Origin: a virus
DNA length: 64,000 nucleotides
IMG/VR virus record: IMGVR_UViG_3300005095_000015
Coordinates: 1-64,000 of that record
Reading direction: 5' to 3' (one strand)
Shown: in pieces, positions 47,912 through 58,045 of the stretch
How the letters are laid out: every line of letters begins with the position of its first letter
How positions within the stretch are numbered: position 1 is the stretch's first letter
Notes under the pieces: generated by a model
What the model saw: only the letters and a program-made list of their open reading frames with translations
Database searches by the model: none
What the model was told of the DNA's origin: nothing
Made by a program: the position numbers and the translations under genes

Positions 47912-49683
47912 TAAATCTAACTTCGTTATCATTTGAGAAGATAAAAGAAGACCTGCTTAACTACTTACAATCACGCCCTGACTATGAGAGGTGGAAAGAC
48001 TTTTTTGAATCCTCTACAGGTACGATATTGATCGAATTGCTTGCGGGGCTAGGTTCTTTTCTATCTCATCTGCTTACTGTTGGTAGAAGAGAGGCTTATC
48101 TATTTCCTGCTATGCTCAAGTCTTCAACAATAGCAATGGCACAGTTTCTTGGTTACTCAGCGTTTAGAGGTAAAAACTCAACAGCCACTCTTACCATTAC
48201 ACCTGAGTATACTACCTCCGTAGCTCGATTTTCCTCTATCGGAACTTACAATGATTATGATTTGGTTATTTTAAGTGATGTATTTTTGACAGAAGGACAG
48301 AGCCAAAATGTAGAAGTTGTAATAGGTAAGAAAGGTGAAGAGACTTTATCAATAGACACAAACGGTATTCATCGATTCTCTACCGCTTTTCTTAGTGAAG
48401 ATGTCCGTCTCTTGCTTGACGGAGCTGAAGTGGAGTTAGGTACTTCGTTTGAAGATTTACTCAACGATAAGTGGTTGCTTGTTACTAACCCTCTAGAAAG
48501 TGTCGATGCAGTATATCTCGGAGAGATTACAGGTACTCACGAGTTGACTTTAGAGTATATCTTGTTTGCTCAAGTAGATAGTATAGACATTTCAAAAGCT
48601 CAATGCTACTACGGTACGATAGAAAGCCTTGTTGATTTCACTCGATATCAATCACCCGAGTCAATCGATAAAATTAAATCAGTTGCTCCAGCATATCACG
48701 ATTTGCAAAAGGTAATAAGAAGTAGAGAGGATTATGTAAAGCTGGTTAAACAGTTATTACCAAACGCTGTTGATGTTGCAGGTAATGACCCTTCACCACC
48801 AGAAGTTCAAATCTCTTATGTATTAGAGGATGAGAGCTTGTTGAGTGACGATGACAAGACAAGTTTGCTTAACGAACTTGACAAGTACAGACCTTTCGGT
48901 TTACCTGTACCAACGATTGTTGATCCTAAGAAGTTGAACTCTGAAATCATAGCACAGCTGAAAGTTTATTCAGGTTCAAACATGGATGAAATCAAAAGCA
49001 CTGTTCAAAGCGTAGCTGGTTCTTTTAGTAAGAAACTCGGTATCACGGTGGATGTCGATGAGATTGAGTCAATGATCGAATCAGATAGTGCTGTTAAGGT
49101 GGCTAGGGTGCAGTGGAAAGTACTCGGTGAGTTTCTAGGCGCTGGTAGCACCGCAACTTCAACCTTCACTGTTAGGTTCCCTCCCGTGGTTAGTGGTAGT
49201 GATATGGTGTACATAGATGGAACTCCAGCTAAAGAGATTACTTCGAGCGTGACAGGAGAAGTGGTTGGTACTGGCAGCACAGCAGGAACTACTGTTTTTA
49301 CGGCTACTTTAGCTAATACCAACATCAAACCTAGCACAGTAACCGTTCACTATACCATAGGTACAACAAACTACACGGCAGCCGATGATGGAAACGGAAA
49401 CATAACAGGAACTTACTTGACAGGAACGATTAACTACACGACTGGTGACATTTCACTGACATTTTCCAGTGCTCCTGATGCTGGAACCAACATAACAGTT
49501 GACTATCTTTACTTTCCTTACTGGTACACAATGAACTACACGACAGGAGAGATCACCTTCAAATCTCCACCACCTGCTGGATCTTCTATAACTGCTGATT
49601 ACATAACAACTTTAAACGAGGCTCAGCTAGAGTGGAATGAGTACACAACGATGAGTTATCAAATCTCAGTTGAGGTCGTATAA
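47908..49683 (+). CDS. baseplate wedge protein (gp6/J-like) with nested insertion domains
   Basis: SLSFEKIKEDL, ESIDKIK, REDY. Confidence 0.8.
   Translation: MINLTSLSFEKIKEDLLNYLQSRPDYERWKDFFESSTGTILIELLAGLGSFLSHLLTVGRREAYLFPAMLKSSTIAMAQFLGYSAFRGKNSTATLTITPEYTTSVARFSSIGTYNDYDLVILSDVFLTEGQSQNVEVVIGKKGEETLSIDTNGIHRFSTAFLSEDVRLLLDGAEVELGTSFEDLLNDKWLLVTNPLESVDAVYLGEITGTHELTLEYILFAQVDSIDISKAQCYYGTIESLVDFTRYQSPESIDKIKSVAPAYHDLQKVIRSREDYVKLVKQLLPNAVDVAGNDPSPPEVQISYVLEDESLLSDDDKTSLLNELDKYRPFGLPVPTIVDPKKLNSEIIAQLKVYSGSNMDEIKSTVQSVAGSFSKKLGITVDVDEIESMIESDSAVKVARVQWKVLGEFLGAGSTATSTFTVRFPPVVSGSDMVYIDGTPAKEITSSVTGEVVGTGSTAGTTVFTATLANTNIKPSTVTVHYTIGTTNYTAADDGNGNITGTYLTGTINYTTGDISLTFSSAPDAGTNITVDYLYFPYWYTMNYTTGEITFKSPPPAGSSITADYITTLNEAQLEWNEYTTMSYQISVEVV
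48383..48399 (+). promoter_or_regulatory. late-region motif B copy 3 (intragenic)
   Basis: CCGCTTTTCTTAGTGAA inside the wedge gene. Confidence 0.5.
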
Positions 49684-49685
49684 AG

Positions 49686-50324
49686 ATGAAGAAGCCTTGC
49701 AAAGATTACCTTCCTGATTATTTGAAAGAGAACGATTTCTTTGTATTGATAACGGACTTACTTGACTGGCTATTTGATGAGGAGTTGAGTATCGAGAATC
49801 TATCCCCATCCGAAAAGTACAATCTCGATGTAACTGATGAGGACGGACTTAAAGAGATAATGGCTGAGCTTGGTTTTGATTACATCAGTGATGTGGTAAA
49901 TTTAACCAAAGAAGAGCTGAAAACTTTAGTTCAGCACACCTTTTTACTTCACTATCTTAAAGGAACTAGAACAGGACTTGAACTTGCCTTAAAACTACTT
50001 GGAATAGAACACACAGTTGAAGAGTGGTTTGAAATGGATCCTCCTGGTGATCCTTATACCTTTAACCTCGTCATTGATATGCCGCTTAACCAGGTGCCTG
50101 AGCAGGTGCTTGATAAGCTTAGAACATTCTTTCGCTCCTATGTGTTTCCAAAGTGGATCATGTTCCTCACTTGGTACGGAGATATAGCTCAGGTAAGCGG
50201 TGCTTTTGGTGGATTTTCAAAAACCGAAGTGAGTGCAGAGTTTACCAGTTACATACCAGTACCAAGTGGATGGTTAGGAACTAGTGTTACTTCAATACCT
50301 GTAACTTTCGAGGCTACTTTGTAG
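49686..50324 (+). CDS. baseplate protein (P2 gpI / gp7-like)
   Basis: KGTRTGLELALKLLG...EEWFE...PYTF. Confidence 0.75.
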   Translation: MKKPCKDYLPDYLKENDFFVLITDLLDWLFDEELSIENLSPSEKYNLDVTDEDGLKEIMAELGFDYISDVVNLTKEELKTLVQHTFLLHYLKGTRTGLELALKLLGIEHTVEEWFEMDPPGDPYTFNLVIDMPLNQVPEQVLDKLRTFFRSYVFPKWIMFLTWYGDIAQVSGAFGGFSKTEVSAEFTSYIPVPSGWLGTSVTSIPVTFEATL

Positions 50325-50337
50325 GAGGTAGGCTGAT

Positions 50338-51366
50338 ATGGCAATCATAGGAATAATCACAAACGCAGGACTTGAAGCTGCTCAGAAGGCTGCAACTAAC
50401 GAAGGTTGGTACCTAAAACCAGTAAAGTTTAGCGTGAGTGAGCTGTCTGGTACTTTGGATCCGTCAAGAACTGAACCTTACACTGAATGGTACAGCGGAC
50501 CTGTATCACCACCAACAATCCGTTCAGCTTCTTACATAGAATTTCCTTGCCACATACCACCTGATGCAAGCACTAGCAGTAAGAACATAGCCGAGATTTA
50601 TCTCTGGGTAGAAGATCCCGAGAATGCTGGTCAGTACATACTGTTCGGTATAGGACAACCAGATAATCCGATTCCTTACTATCCTGACTCAGATATTACG
50701 CTTAGATTGAGCATCATCATTCAAAATGTTAACCTTACTGAACTCTTTGAATTTAAGTACAGCCAGGCTTACGAAATCTCTGAGCACAATTCTGATCTTT
50801 ATGCTCATCCAGATATTCAAGACGCACTTGAGAAGGCAGGAATCTATGTAAGACCAGATAAGGATTTTAAGTACGCTGGGCAGTACTGGGATCAGTATGC
50901 AGTGTTCGATAGTACAGTATCCGACGGTGATGTTGTTTACAAAGGAAATGACGGAAAGTATTACCCAGCACTTGCTGATGGTAGTGAGAAGTCAAATGTA
51001 GTTGGTGTCGCTGATTTGAATAGAGGGTTGGTCATAGTTCAGGGGCTTATCCAGACCGCTTATACAACTTATCCAGCCAATGCAATGGTTTATCTCTCTG
51101 ACACTCAGCCAGGCAGACTTACGACGGAACAGACAATTGTACCAATCGGTGTTTGCCTTGGCAATGGAGTGATCCTGGTTGCTGGTAGGGGCGGGGGCGG
51201 TGGATCGATAGGTTTGCCTTACAGGACAAAACTTAGCTTGACTTCCAAGTTCACTGTACCAAGTGACTACGGCTGTGTTGTTCCAGATAGGTTTGTGGTT
51301 GATACTGGCGGTGAGCTAATTGTAGAAGATGGTGGCGTGTTTATAGTAGTTGATAACGAAGTGTAA
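50338..51366 (+). CDS. tail fibre / tailspike adaptor protein
   Basis: N-terminal ITNAGL baseplate-attachment pattern; EHNSDLYAHPDI. Confidence 0.6.
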   Translation: MAIIGIITNAGLEAAQKAATNEGWYLKPVKFSVSELSGTLDPSRTEPYTEWYSGPVSPPTIRSASYIEFPCHIPPDASTSSKNIAEIYLWVEDPENAGQYILFGIGQPDNPIPYYPDSDITLRLSIIIQNVNLTELFEFKYSQAYEISEHNSDLYAHPDIQDALEKAGIYVRPDKDFKYAGQYWDQYAVFDSTVSDGDVVYKGNDGKYYPALADGSEKSNVVGVADLNRGLVIVQGLIQTAYTTYPANAMVYLSDTQPGRLTTEQTIVPIGVCLGNGVILVAGRGGGGGSIGLPYRTKLSLTSKFTVPSDYGCVVPDRFVVDTGGELIVEDGGVFIVVDNEV

Positions 51367-51385
51367 AGGTAGGAGGTGCTAAGAT

Positions 51386-53515
51386 ATGAGCACTTTAAAG
51401 GATAATCAGCTTTTAGTCCAAGATGTTATAACTAAAGGTATTGTGAGAGACATCAGAGCATACAATGGGTCTTTAACCGATGCTATAGCTGATATAGGTA
51501 GTGATGAGGTAACTCTACTCATCTCTGAGCCTATTACGGTCAATCAGGATTTGACTGTACCTGAGAATATATGTTTGAAAGTATTGAAAGGCTGTCCCAT
51601 TACAGTTGGGGTTAAAGCTCAGGCAAACGAAGTTATAGGTACAGGAAGCACAGCAGGTACTACATCCTTCAGTACCACCTTAAGTGATCCGCCTGTTGTT
51701 TGGAAATCGGTAACAGTGTCTTGGATAAGTGGAGGTGTAAGCTATACAGCAACTGATGATGGTAAAGGAAATATCAGCTCTCCCTATGTAAGTGGAACTA
51801 TTGACTATGATTCAGGAGCAATCTCTCTCACTTTTAGCACTGTTGCAGTTCCTGATGCAGGAACTAATATAATGTGTACTTATACTCCTGCTCATGTACT
51901 GACTATCAATGGAGCAATAGAAGCTGGACTGTGGCAGATATTCGACGGTCAAGGCAAAGTTACCGGCAATCCAAAGATCGAAGCCGTTTATCCAGAGTGG
52001 TTTGGAGCTAAGGGGGATGGGATGACGGATGATGCTCCTGCAATACAGAAAGCTATAGATTTTTGTGCGCAAAATCAAAAGGCTAAAGGCAGTTGTATTA
52101 AGCTTTCACGAAACCATTATAGGATAACTTCAAATATTTGTGTAAAAACCGATAATGTAACGATTGAAGGAGAAGGAGGCGGAAACTGGCAGAGCTCGGA
52201 TATCAACAATTTTGACTCTGCCGAGACTGTTATTGAGTACACTGGTGCAGATTACGCTTTTGTATGCGGAGACAACAGTGGAAGGACTTTCAGTGGTATA
52301 TGTTTTAGAGGTTTTAAGCTACTTTTGACGGGTGGGGGAGGTGGGATAAACTATGTTCGGTTATGTCATGGTAATTGCAATGTCGAAAATGTAGCTTTTT
52401 ATGGAAATGACGCTACTCCTTATTCGGGAGTTGGTATACGATATGGTGATATGTGTCAAAGTAATAGGGTTATAAACTGTTCTTTTTGGTATCTTGACTA
52501 TGGCGTATACCTTTATGGGTTGAATGACAATTTGGTCTTCATTGGTAATAAATTTATAAGGACAGGGACAGCTGGAATAAAACTTGGTGATTCAGCTTCT
52601 ACTTATACTGCTGGCAACAGTTTTCTTATTATAGGGAATCATTTTGGTAAGAATGGTAAAGCGGGAGTTTGGGTGTTCAAGAGCCCAAAGCCTGTTGCTA
52701 TCATAGGAAACTACTTTGAGAACTCAACAGACCTTGATGAAAGAGCGATAATAGTAGGGGATACTGGATACACAGCCTACTCTGTTGAGATAAGAGGGAA
52801 TGTTATATCGGGCTCTGGAATTTCAAATTATGGAATAGAATTGATAAATGTTGATGGTTGTGTGATCGAAAGCAACGCTCACATGGCGTATCTTGCGAAG
52901 TTTATACTTGTGTCTGGAGGGTCTGATGTAAGAAATGTTGTAGTAAGAAATAATTCTCGATTTTCTGGGAGTTATGGAGATTTGTCTGCCTATGATGGAG
53001 TTGTTGAATGGAAACCGAGCTCTACGAGTAATACTATCTATCTGAATACTCTAGGAGCAATTGTTTTAGCTGCAAGAGTGACGGGGAATAGCAACAACAA
53101 CTTTGCTGTTACTGCTGATGGTAAGTTAGAATGGGGGGATGGTATTAATCCTTTAGATATCGTTCTCTATAGGGCTGCTACAAAAAGACTGAACTTAATT
53201 GGGCACTTGCGAACGGAAGGGGGGGCTTTTTCTTCTGTGATTCAAACTTTTGTTGACGGAGATACTACCCCAAGTGTGGCCAATTCTAATGTATTTAGGA
53301 CAGCAAATACTTCAGCGACTTCAATTATACAGTTCGATGACGGTATAGATGGTCAAGAAATAACAGTTATTTTTGGCGATTCTAACACCACTATCGTTCA
53401 CAACAGTACAGCTGCTACTTATCCTATCTTGCTTAAAGGAGGCGTAAGTATTACACCTTCTACTAATACAGCTATAAAGTTTGTTTTCAGTGGAAACCGT
53501 TGGATAGAAGTGTAA
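51386..53515 (+). CDS. tailspike 1 (pectate-lyase-like beta-helix)
   Basis: PEWFGAKGDGMTDDAPAIQKAID; IGN/GN beta-helix repeats. Confidence 0.8.
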   Translation: MSTLKDNQLLVQDVITKGIVRDIRAYNGSLTDAIADIGSDEVTLLISEPITVNQDLTVPENICLKVLKGCPITVGVKAQANEVIGTGSTAGTTSFSTTLSDPPVVWKSVTVSWISGGVSYTATDDGKGNISSPYVSGTIDYDSGAISLTFSTVAVPDAGTNIMCTYTPAHVLTINGAIEAGLWQIFDGQGKVTGNPKIEAVYPEWFGAKGDGMTDDAPAIQKAIDFCAQNQKAKGSCIKLSRNHYRITSNICVKTDNVTIEGEGGGNWQSSDINNFDSAETVIEYTGADYAFVCGDNSGRTFSGICFRGFKLLLTGGGGGINYVRLCHGNCNVENVAFYGNDATPYSGVGIRYGDMCQSNRVINCSFWYLDYGVYLYGLNDNLVFIGNKFIRTGTAGIKLGDSASTYTAGNSFLIIGNHFGKNGKAGVWVFKSPKPVAIIGNYFENSTDLDERAIIVGDTGYTAYSVEIRGNVISGSGISNYGIELINVDGCVIESNAHMAYLAKFILVSGGSDVRNVVVRNNSRFSGSYGDLSAYDGVVEWKPSSTSNTIYLNTLGAIVLAARVTGNSNNNFAVTADGKLEWGDGINPLDIVLYRAATKRLNLIGHLRTEGGAFSSVIQTFVDGDTTPSVANSNVFRTANTSATSIIQFDDGIDGQEITVIFGDSNTTIVHNSTAATYPILLKGGVSITPSTNTAIKFVFSGNRWIEV
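51989..52042 (+). repeat. 54-bp exact repeat shared with 59716-59769
   Basis: TATCCAGAGTGGTTTGGAGCTAAGGGGGATGGGATGACGGATGATGCTCCTGCA. Confidence 0.9.
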
Positions 53516-53530
53516 AGGAGGTAACTAACC

Positions 53531-55420
53531 ATGTCAGTAAAAATAACCTCTGACTACATCAGCACTCCAAACATCATCGATATCCGCCAGTACAGCACCT
53601 TATCCGAAGCTCTAACCCTCATAGGTTCCAACGAAGTTACCCTGCTTATTGCTGAGCCTTTTACAGTAGAGGAGAATGCAACAGTTCCTGAAAATATTTG
53701 TCTGAAGTTTACCAAGGGTGGAAAGCTTGTAATCAGTGCTGGATATACAGTTACAATAAATGGCGGGATTGAAGCTGGATTGTGGCAAATATTTGATGGA
53801 GATGGAAAGGTAACAGGTTCACCTAAAATCGAAGCTGTTTATCCAGAATGGTTCGGTGCAGTTGGTAATGGAGTTACGGATGATACATCCGCTTTTAACA
53901 AAGCAATTGATTTCGCTAAGACTTGTAATTTTGCTAAAGTTGAGTTAAGCGAAGCAGTTTATGTAGTGAGTAGTACACTATCACCATTGAATAATTCCTT
54001 TAATTCAATATCAATCGTGGGTAGAGGAAGATCGACAACTATAGATGGATCTGCAATTGGAAGTGAAGTTCCAATCTTTCAGCTAGTAGGAGGTTCCGGT
54101 GTCGTGACTTTGGGGTATATACAAGATCTTACAATCAAAGGAAGTGGAGCGGAAATAGGAATTGAAAATAAAGGATGTTGTGGTTTCAAATTTTACAGAG
54201 TAACTTTCAAAGGTCTTAAATATGGTATAGTATTCAGCAACGATATCGCTGCTGGAACATTCACAGAATATTCAGTTGCAGAGGAGTGTTCTTTCGAGTC
54301 AGATGTAGAAACAGCTGTCTTTTATAAGAGAGGAGCTGGTGATCCTAGCTTTCATGGTAGTGGTCTTAGAAAGTGCACGATAAATAATGGAGACACAATA
54401 ACAGCTCCTTCGATACGGATAGGGGATGCTATCGATACAGGTATTGTTTTGTATAACGCACCGTTGGACTTTCAAGTATGGACTCGCAATACTTATAATA
54501 TTATTGAAGCAAACGCATCTTTGATAACTACTTACGGAACAATTACAATAGAAAGATTCAATGGTACACCAACTCTTTGTAGTGGAACAACAATACACCA
54601 TGCAGGAGATGTATTGTTATGGGGTTCCACAGAAGGTGTGAAACTGGGGGATTTTGTCTTATGTGATCGACTTTGGACAAATTCAGACGGATCAATCAAC
54701 GCATTTGAAAAAACTACAAATTACTATGCAGAAACAAATGCTAATGAAAGTGTAACTTTATGTAAAGTAGACGAAGAAGGTAGTTTAATTTTTGTTCATT
54801 TAATTTCCAACAATTACGACAAAAAGTATTTGATTTGTGCTCACAAAGATAACTATGGTGGGGTTGGTGATGCTGGTTTCTTTCACGAAACAGTAACAGC
54901 CTTTGGTAGTGGGAGTGCAGTGGCCAGTAGCACTGTTGATACAACAATACACGAATTTTTTCTATCTCAACCAGCAATCTTGCAGCGAATAGATGCTTAC
55001 TTTCAATCTGCTTTTGCTCAGTATAATACGGCAGATTCAGCAGAGATTTTGATATTAAAAGGAACATCTGAAGTTGCATCACTCTCTTTGACACCAGGAA
55101 GCAAATATAATGCAAGTTGGGTGAATGTTGATCTTTCTACAGGAACTTACCAAATTGTTATTCGTGTAACATCTGCTGGAACAACTGCAGCAACACCTCC
55201 ACAATCAGGGAACATAACTCTTCGTTTAGTTCATCCTTACATTACACTTAATTCGTTTGATGTTGCAGGCTTAGGAGATCCCACTTTTAGCATAGACAGC
55301 GCAGGAAATCTGATAGTATCAAACCCAAACTGGGCAACTACCGCTGTCAATGTTTCTATCCGTGTAGTAAAAATAGGTACTATGCGTACTCCTTATTTTA
55401 ATAATTTTGTACAACAGTAG
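53531..55420 (+). CDS. tailspike 2 (beta-helix)
   Basis: Same N-terminal anchor; PEWFGAVGNGVTDDTSAF. Confidence 0.8.
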   Translation: MSVKITSDYISTPNIIDIRQYSTLSEALTLIGSNEVTLLIAEPFTVEENATVPENICLKFTKGGKLVISAGYTVTINGGIEAGLWQIFDGDGKVTGSPKIEAVYPEWFGAVGNGVTDDTSAFNKAIDFAKTCNFAKVELSEAVYVVSSTLSPLNNSFNSISIVGRGRSTTIDGSAIGSEVPIFQLVGGSGVVTLGYIQDLTIKGSGAEIGIENKGCCGFKFYRVTFKGLKYGIVFSNDIAAGTFTEYSVAEECSFESDVETAVFYKRGAGDPSFHGSGLRKCTINNGDTITAPSIRIGDAIDTGIVLYNAPLDFQVWTRNTYNIIEANASLITTYGTITIERFNGTPTLCSGTTIHHAGDVLLWGSTEGVKLGDFVLCDRLWTNSDGSINAFEKTTNYYAETNANESVTLCKVDEEGSLIFVHLISNNYDKKYLICAHKDNYGGVGDAGFFHETVTAFGSGSAVASSTVDTTIHEFFLSQPAILQRIDAYFQSAFAQYNTADSAEILILKGTSEVASLSLTPGSKYNASWVNVDLSTGTYQIVIRVTSAGTTAATPPQSGNITLRLVHPYITLNSFDVAGLGDPTFSIDSAGNLIVSNPNWATTAVNVSIRVVKIGTMRTPYFNNFVQQ

Positions 55421-55433
55421 GAGGTAACTAACC

Positions 55434-56018
55434 ATGAAACCGCTTTGGTCTGATTGGCGTAAAGTTGGCTTTTCTTTGATGAGATGGGGAATTAACATTG
55501 CCAAGCCTTTACTTACAAACAACCAATTTTGGCTACTTGAAACAGTAACCTCCGATACTCAGCTTGAGCTTGCAAGGAAGCTTACCATCACTCAAGTTAC
55601 CGCAAACGAACTTTCACAGCTCACCAAGCGGCAGCTAAATGTTGAGGCTTGGTGTTGGGATAGTAAGTATAACTGTATTAAACTAACCGATTTTCAGGCA
55701 ATCATAGCTTCCGACTTTACCAACCGAATGAAATGGCTCGCTGAGACCTGGGATTGTGATAACTTCGCATCATTATTCTCCTCACTTATGAGCCTTATCT
55801 ACAACTTCAATGGAGCAGGCATAGCACTTGGAGCTGTTGTAAATAAGCAAACGAAACAGATAGAAGGTTACCATGCCTACAACTGCGTGATACTTGACAC
55901 TAACAACACCAAGAAACTCTATCTCTACGAACCACAAGCCGACATACTTAAGCCAGCAGCAAAAGAAACAGACATGGAATGGGGTGTTTATAGAACCGAT
56001 TTAGTTATCTATCACTAA
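55434..56018 (+). CDS. papain/transglutaminase-fold cysteine enzyme (agglutinin C-terminal-like)
   Basis: WDCDNFA...HAYN...YEPQ catalytic triad pattern. Confidence 0.65.
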   Translation: MKPLWSDWRKVGFSLMRWGINIAKPLLTNNQFWLLETVTSDTQLELARKLTITQVTANELSQLTKRQLNVEAWCWDSKYNCIKLTDFQAIIASDFTNRMKWLAETWDCDNFASLFSSLMSLIYNFNGAGIALGAVVNKQTKQIEGYHAYNCVILDTNNTKKLYLYEPQADILKPAAKETDMEWGVYRTDLVIYH

Positions 56019-56028
56019 GGAACCAAAG

Positions 56029-56700
56029 ATGACAACCTTCATCATTCTAGGTTTACATAGAAGTGGCACCTCGCTGACAGCTTGCTTGTTGCATCATCTA
56101 GGTGTTCATCTAGGTGACACCCTCATCGGTGCTAATGAAGGTAACCCCAAGGGACATTATGAAAATATTGACATAACTCTTACCCACGAAGAGTGGTTGA
56201 GAGAGCTTGGCGGTTCTTGGTGCGAGGTGCCCTCTGTTGCTAAGGTTTGTAATAGCCTGGAGCGATTTGTTCCAAAGGCAAAGGAATTGGTTGAAAAACA
56301 TAAGAAGGATGGGTTATGGGGATGGAAAGATCCAAGGAACACTATCTTTTTACCTGTTTACTTAGAACTCTATCAGCAAGGACTTTTAGGGAATCTAAAG
56401 GTAATGGTCTGTACACGCAACTTTGTTTCTGCAGCAAGGTCAGTTTGTATAAGAGATAAATTTGATCAGCAAAAAGCATTCAAAGTTGTGTTTGCTTACC
56501 TCGAACACCTACAACATAACTTAAATCTGCTTTTCTTAGAAAAGATACCAGTGTTGTTTGTTGAATTTGAAAAGTACTTCAATCCAAAGTTTGCCAGAAG
56601 TCAGGTAGAAGAGATTGTGAGGTTTGTGTTAGGAAGACGGGATGTACAGCTTACTGATAAACTACTAACCTTGATTGATCCTACTCTCTGGAGGAGTTAA
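56029..56700 (+). CDS. sulfotransferase-family protein
   Basis: ILGLHRSGTS PAPS loop, NPKGHYE, WGWKDPR, RNFVSAARS. Confidence 0.8.
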   Translation: MTTFIILGLHRSGTSLTACLLHHLGVHLGDTLIGANEGNPKGHYENIDITLTHEEWLRELGGSWCEVPSVAKVCNSLERFVPKAKELVEKHKKDGLWGWKDPRNTIFLPVYLELYQQGLLGNLKVMVCTRNFVSAARSVCIRDKFDQQKAFKVVFAYLEHLQHNLNLLFLEKIPVLFVEFEKYFNPKFARSQVEEIVRFVLGRRDVQLTDKLLTLIDPTLWRS

Positions 56701-57416
56701 TGGATAAGGTAAGAGTGGTAATACCTACTGCTTTCAAGCATGAAAATGTTAGCTATGCAATACATTCCTTCATTGACCATAATGCACCTTGGATTGATAG
56801 CTTAGAAGTAGTGAACAGGGGAACATTTGCTGAGAACTGCAATTACGGAGCTGAGAAGTGTAGAGCTCCTTGGTTGCTTTTTCTAAACGACGACACTTAT
56901 ACGAGAAACTCTATCCTGAAGTTGATGCTAGACACCGCTAAGCAGTTTGATGCTCAAGTTGTAGGTGCTTATTTACAGTTCCCTGATGGTTCAATCCAAC
57001 ACTACGGAGTGTATTACACAGACGCTGGTTTACCTTTTCACTTGTTTTACAAACAGTACTTAGAAAGTGCTCTGCATTTTGGTGTGAAGCCTAGATTGGA
57101 ACCACACCTTGTTCCTTCTGTCACTGGAGCTTGCATCCTGATTAGAACTGAGCTTTTCTTTGACCTTGGTGGATTTGACACAGTATTTGTTAACGGATTT
57201 GAAGATGTAGATTTTAATCTAAAAGCCTTAAATGTTGGAGCAAAGATAGCTCTTTGCACAGAGACAAGTATTGTGCATTACGAGAAGGTTTCAAGGGGCG
57301 ACCCGAATAAAAAGAACAAAATGGATAACAGATTCCATGAGAACTTAAAGCTATTGACAAATAGATGGGACAGAAATAAGGTTCGTAGACTTGTCAAGGA
57401 GTATCAACCGTGGTAA
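56700..57416 (+). CDS. GT2-family glycosyltransferase
   Basis: FAENCNYG, FLNDD, VTGACILI, GGFD..F.NGFEDVDF. Confidence 0.85.
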   Translation: MDKVRVVIPTAFKHENVSYAIHSFIDHNAPWIDSLEVVNRGTFAENCNYGAEKCRAPWLLFLNDDTYTRNSILKLMLDTAKQFDAQVVGAYLQFPDGSIQHYGVYYTDAGLPFHLFYKQYLESALHFGVKPRLEPHLVPSVTGACILIRTELFFDLGGFDTVFVNGFEDVDFNLKALNVGAKIALCTETSIVHYEKVSRGDPNKKNKMDNRFHENLKLLTNRWDRNKVRRLVKEYQPW

Positions 57417-58045
57417 GGATTCTTATCCATACTCCTGTAGTGAAACCAAATTGGCTGAATATTATTTCGACTTTAGAACTTAGGAAACCTGTAAGGTTTG
57501 CTTGGTACATCACGAAGGGGCAGGATAATCAAAATATCTATGATATAAGGGGGCAAGAGACAGATGGTAGGTGGAGAAAGTTTGTTGCTGACAAGATGAA
57601 CAGAGCTAGAGAGTTGGTTCTTTCTGAAGGCTACGATTACATGCTCAACATTGAGCATGACCACATGTTTACACCAAATACTTTAGAGTTGCTCCTCAAA
57701 CACGCAAAGCCTGACATCTATATCTCAGCTCTCTACAGACCAAGACCAAGCAGAAACCCAAGATCAGTGTACTGTTTACATATAAAAGCTCAAAGAGGTG
57801 GAAGGTTTCCTGATAAAGAGTTTGTTGACAGTAATGAATTAATCAAAGCGTTTACCGTGGTATTTGGCTTCACCTTATTTGGCAGAAAGGTTCTAGAGAG
57901 GTTAGATTTTGATGAGGGTTTAGACGGAACATTTGCTTGGAAAGCTGAAAGAGTAGGTATAAAAAGGTATGTCTTAACTACCGCAAGAATAGCTCACATA
58001 GACAGAGACGGGAAGGTGTATTGGGCATGGTTAGACGAATCTTAG
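57410..58045 (+). CDS. GT-A fold glycosyltransferase
   Basis: GYDYMLNIEHDH, FGFTL, HIDRDG. Confidence 0.7.
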   Translation: MVRILIHTPVVKPNWLNIISTLELRKPVRFAWYITKGQDNQNIYDIRGQETDGRWRKFVADKMNRARELVLSEGYDYMLNIEHDHMFTPNTLELLLKHAKPDIYISALYRPRPSRNPRSVYCLHIKAQRGGRFPDKEFVDSNELIKAFTVVFGFTLFGRKVLERLDFDEGLDGTFAWKAERVGIKRYVLTTARIAHIDRDGKVYWAWLDES

